Positions 63,185-64,000 of a stretch of 64,000 bases of DNA are shown here, in pieces; position 1 is the stretch's first letter; each line of letters opens with the position of its first letter. This stretch comes from Anolis carolinensis (lineage: Eukaryota). The notes under the pieces are model-generated. The model saw only the letters and a list, made by a program, of their open reading frames with translations. It did no database searches and was not told the origin of the DNA. The position numbers were made by a program, and so were the translations under genes. The stretch is taken from positions 47,723,636 to 47,787,635 of the forward strand of contig NC_085841.1 of NCBI RefSeq assembly GCF_035594765.1. Reading direction: 5' to 3'.

Positions 63185-64000
63185 TTGTAGATAATGGATA
63201 CATACCAGGTTAAGCGCCTTAGATACTTCCCCTCTTCTCTTTTTCCACTATTCTCTTGTCTTGTGATCGTACTTCCATACACTCTCATAACTCTGCCTTC
63301 CTGCACTATTGCAGTTCTTTTCAAATATTATTAACTAATTGCACAAATTTAGCATTAAAAATATAAATATAAATTATATATAAAAAGAACCACCACCAAT
63401 TTGGGAATAGCAAGGGGAGAAGGGGAGGAGAGGAAAATCCCATCCCCTGGTGTCACATTACTGCCAGCATGCCAATCGAGGAGAAGAAAACACATTAAGG
63501 TAGGTGAGGAGAAGGCAGTAGAATTGAGGACTATTGATCTTCTATAGCTGGGAGTGGGAGAATCATACGGGTTGGGGGAGGCAAACTGGTAGAGAGATGC
63601 ACAAGACATTATGTAATAGGGATCATTACCAAAGGTAACAGTGAAAACAGCAGTTTGCTTGCCTTGTTTGATAAAGTCCTATGACCAAAACTGGGAGGAG
63701 GGGGTGGCAGCTGCGCGTGAGTCGCCTACCCAAAGCAAAATGATTCAACTGGAACTTTTCTGAATGTTGACAGGAGGAACACAATGCTCAGGATCAGAAA
63801 AGTCAACAGTCAACCAGAGTCAGCATCAATAAGCAGTTTAATGATCTGCACAGAGATCTTAATTAAGAGGATTAGGCTTCTATAAGCAGCCTATACTGAT
63901 TTTCTCTGGTGGAACTTTGCCCTTTTTTTCTTTTCTTTTTCTTTTTTGACTGGCACTGAGTGGCTCCATCACTCAGCTTCTCTCTCAATATCACTGCCTC

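Noticed and set aside
1-64000. CRISPR arrays, operons, prokaryotic defence or novel multi-gene systems
   Set aside because: The sequence is intron-containing vertebrate DNA. There is no regularly spaced repeat-spacer array, and all long ORFs are explained by TEs or chance.
20000-64000. Expected syntenic neighbour CCDC167
   Set aside because: No exon translating to a recognisable CCDC167 peptide was seen; it is probably beyond the window.

Overview
This is eukaryotic, AT-rich vertebrate DNA from a squamate reptile. Sauria SINEs, an Anolis-SINE2-like element and squamate-type CR1/L2/R4 LINE ends point to an anole lizard (inference). The only protein-coding content I can support is the 3' end of MDGA1 on the + strand. 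Three spliced exons (4181-4305, 13450-13558, 14898-14989) encode the end of the MAM domain and the GPI-anchor signal. They are followed by a probable ~4.8 kb, nearly TE-free 3' UTR with many seed sites for neuronal miRNAs. The remaining ~44 kb is intergenic. It holds non-autonomous DNA transposons (hAT, Tc1/mariner, Tc2-like, PIF/Harbinger), SINEs, truncated LINEs, microsatellites, a 229-N assembly gap and a few enhancer-like blocks. I found no prokaryote-type system (CRISPR, operon) and no convincing novel gene. The most notable unexplained structures are: (1) a perfect 55-bp-arm palindrome whose template-switch origin can be reconstructed from a nearby duplicate; (2) a ZNF143/THAP11-like ACTACAAYTCCCA motif carried in inverted pairs by MITEs of two unrelated transposon superfamilies; (3) a MER30/Charlie12-like hAT resembling the primate element; (4) tandem miR-9 sites plus miR-218, miR-128 and miR-137 sites in the MDGA1 UTR; (5) several nested insertions with intact target-site duplications (TSDs). 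Family names and orthologue comparisons are from recall, not from a search.
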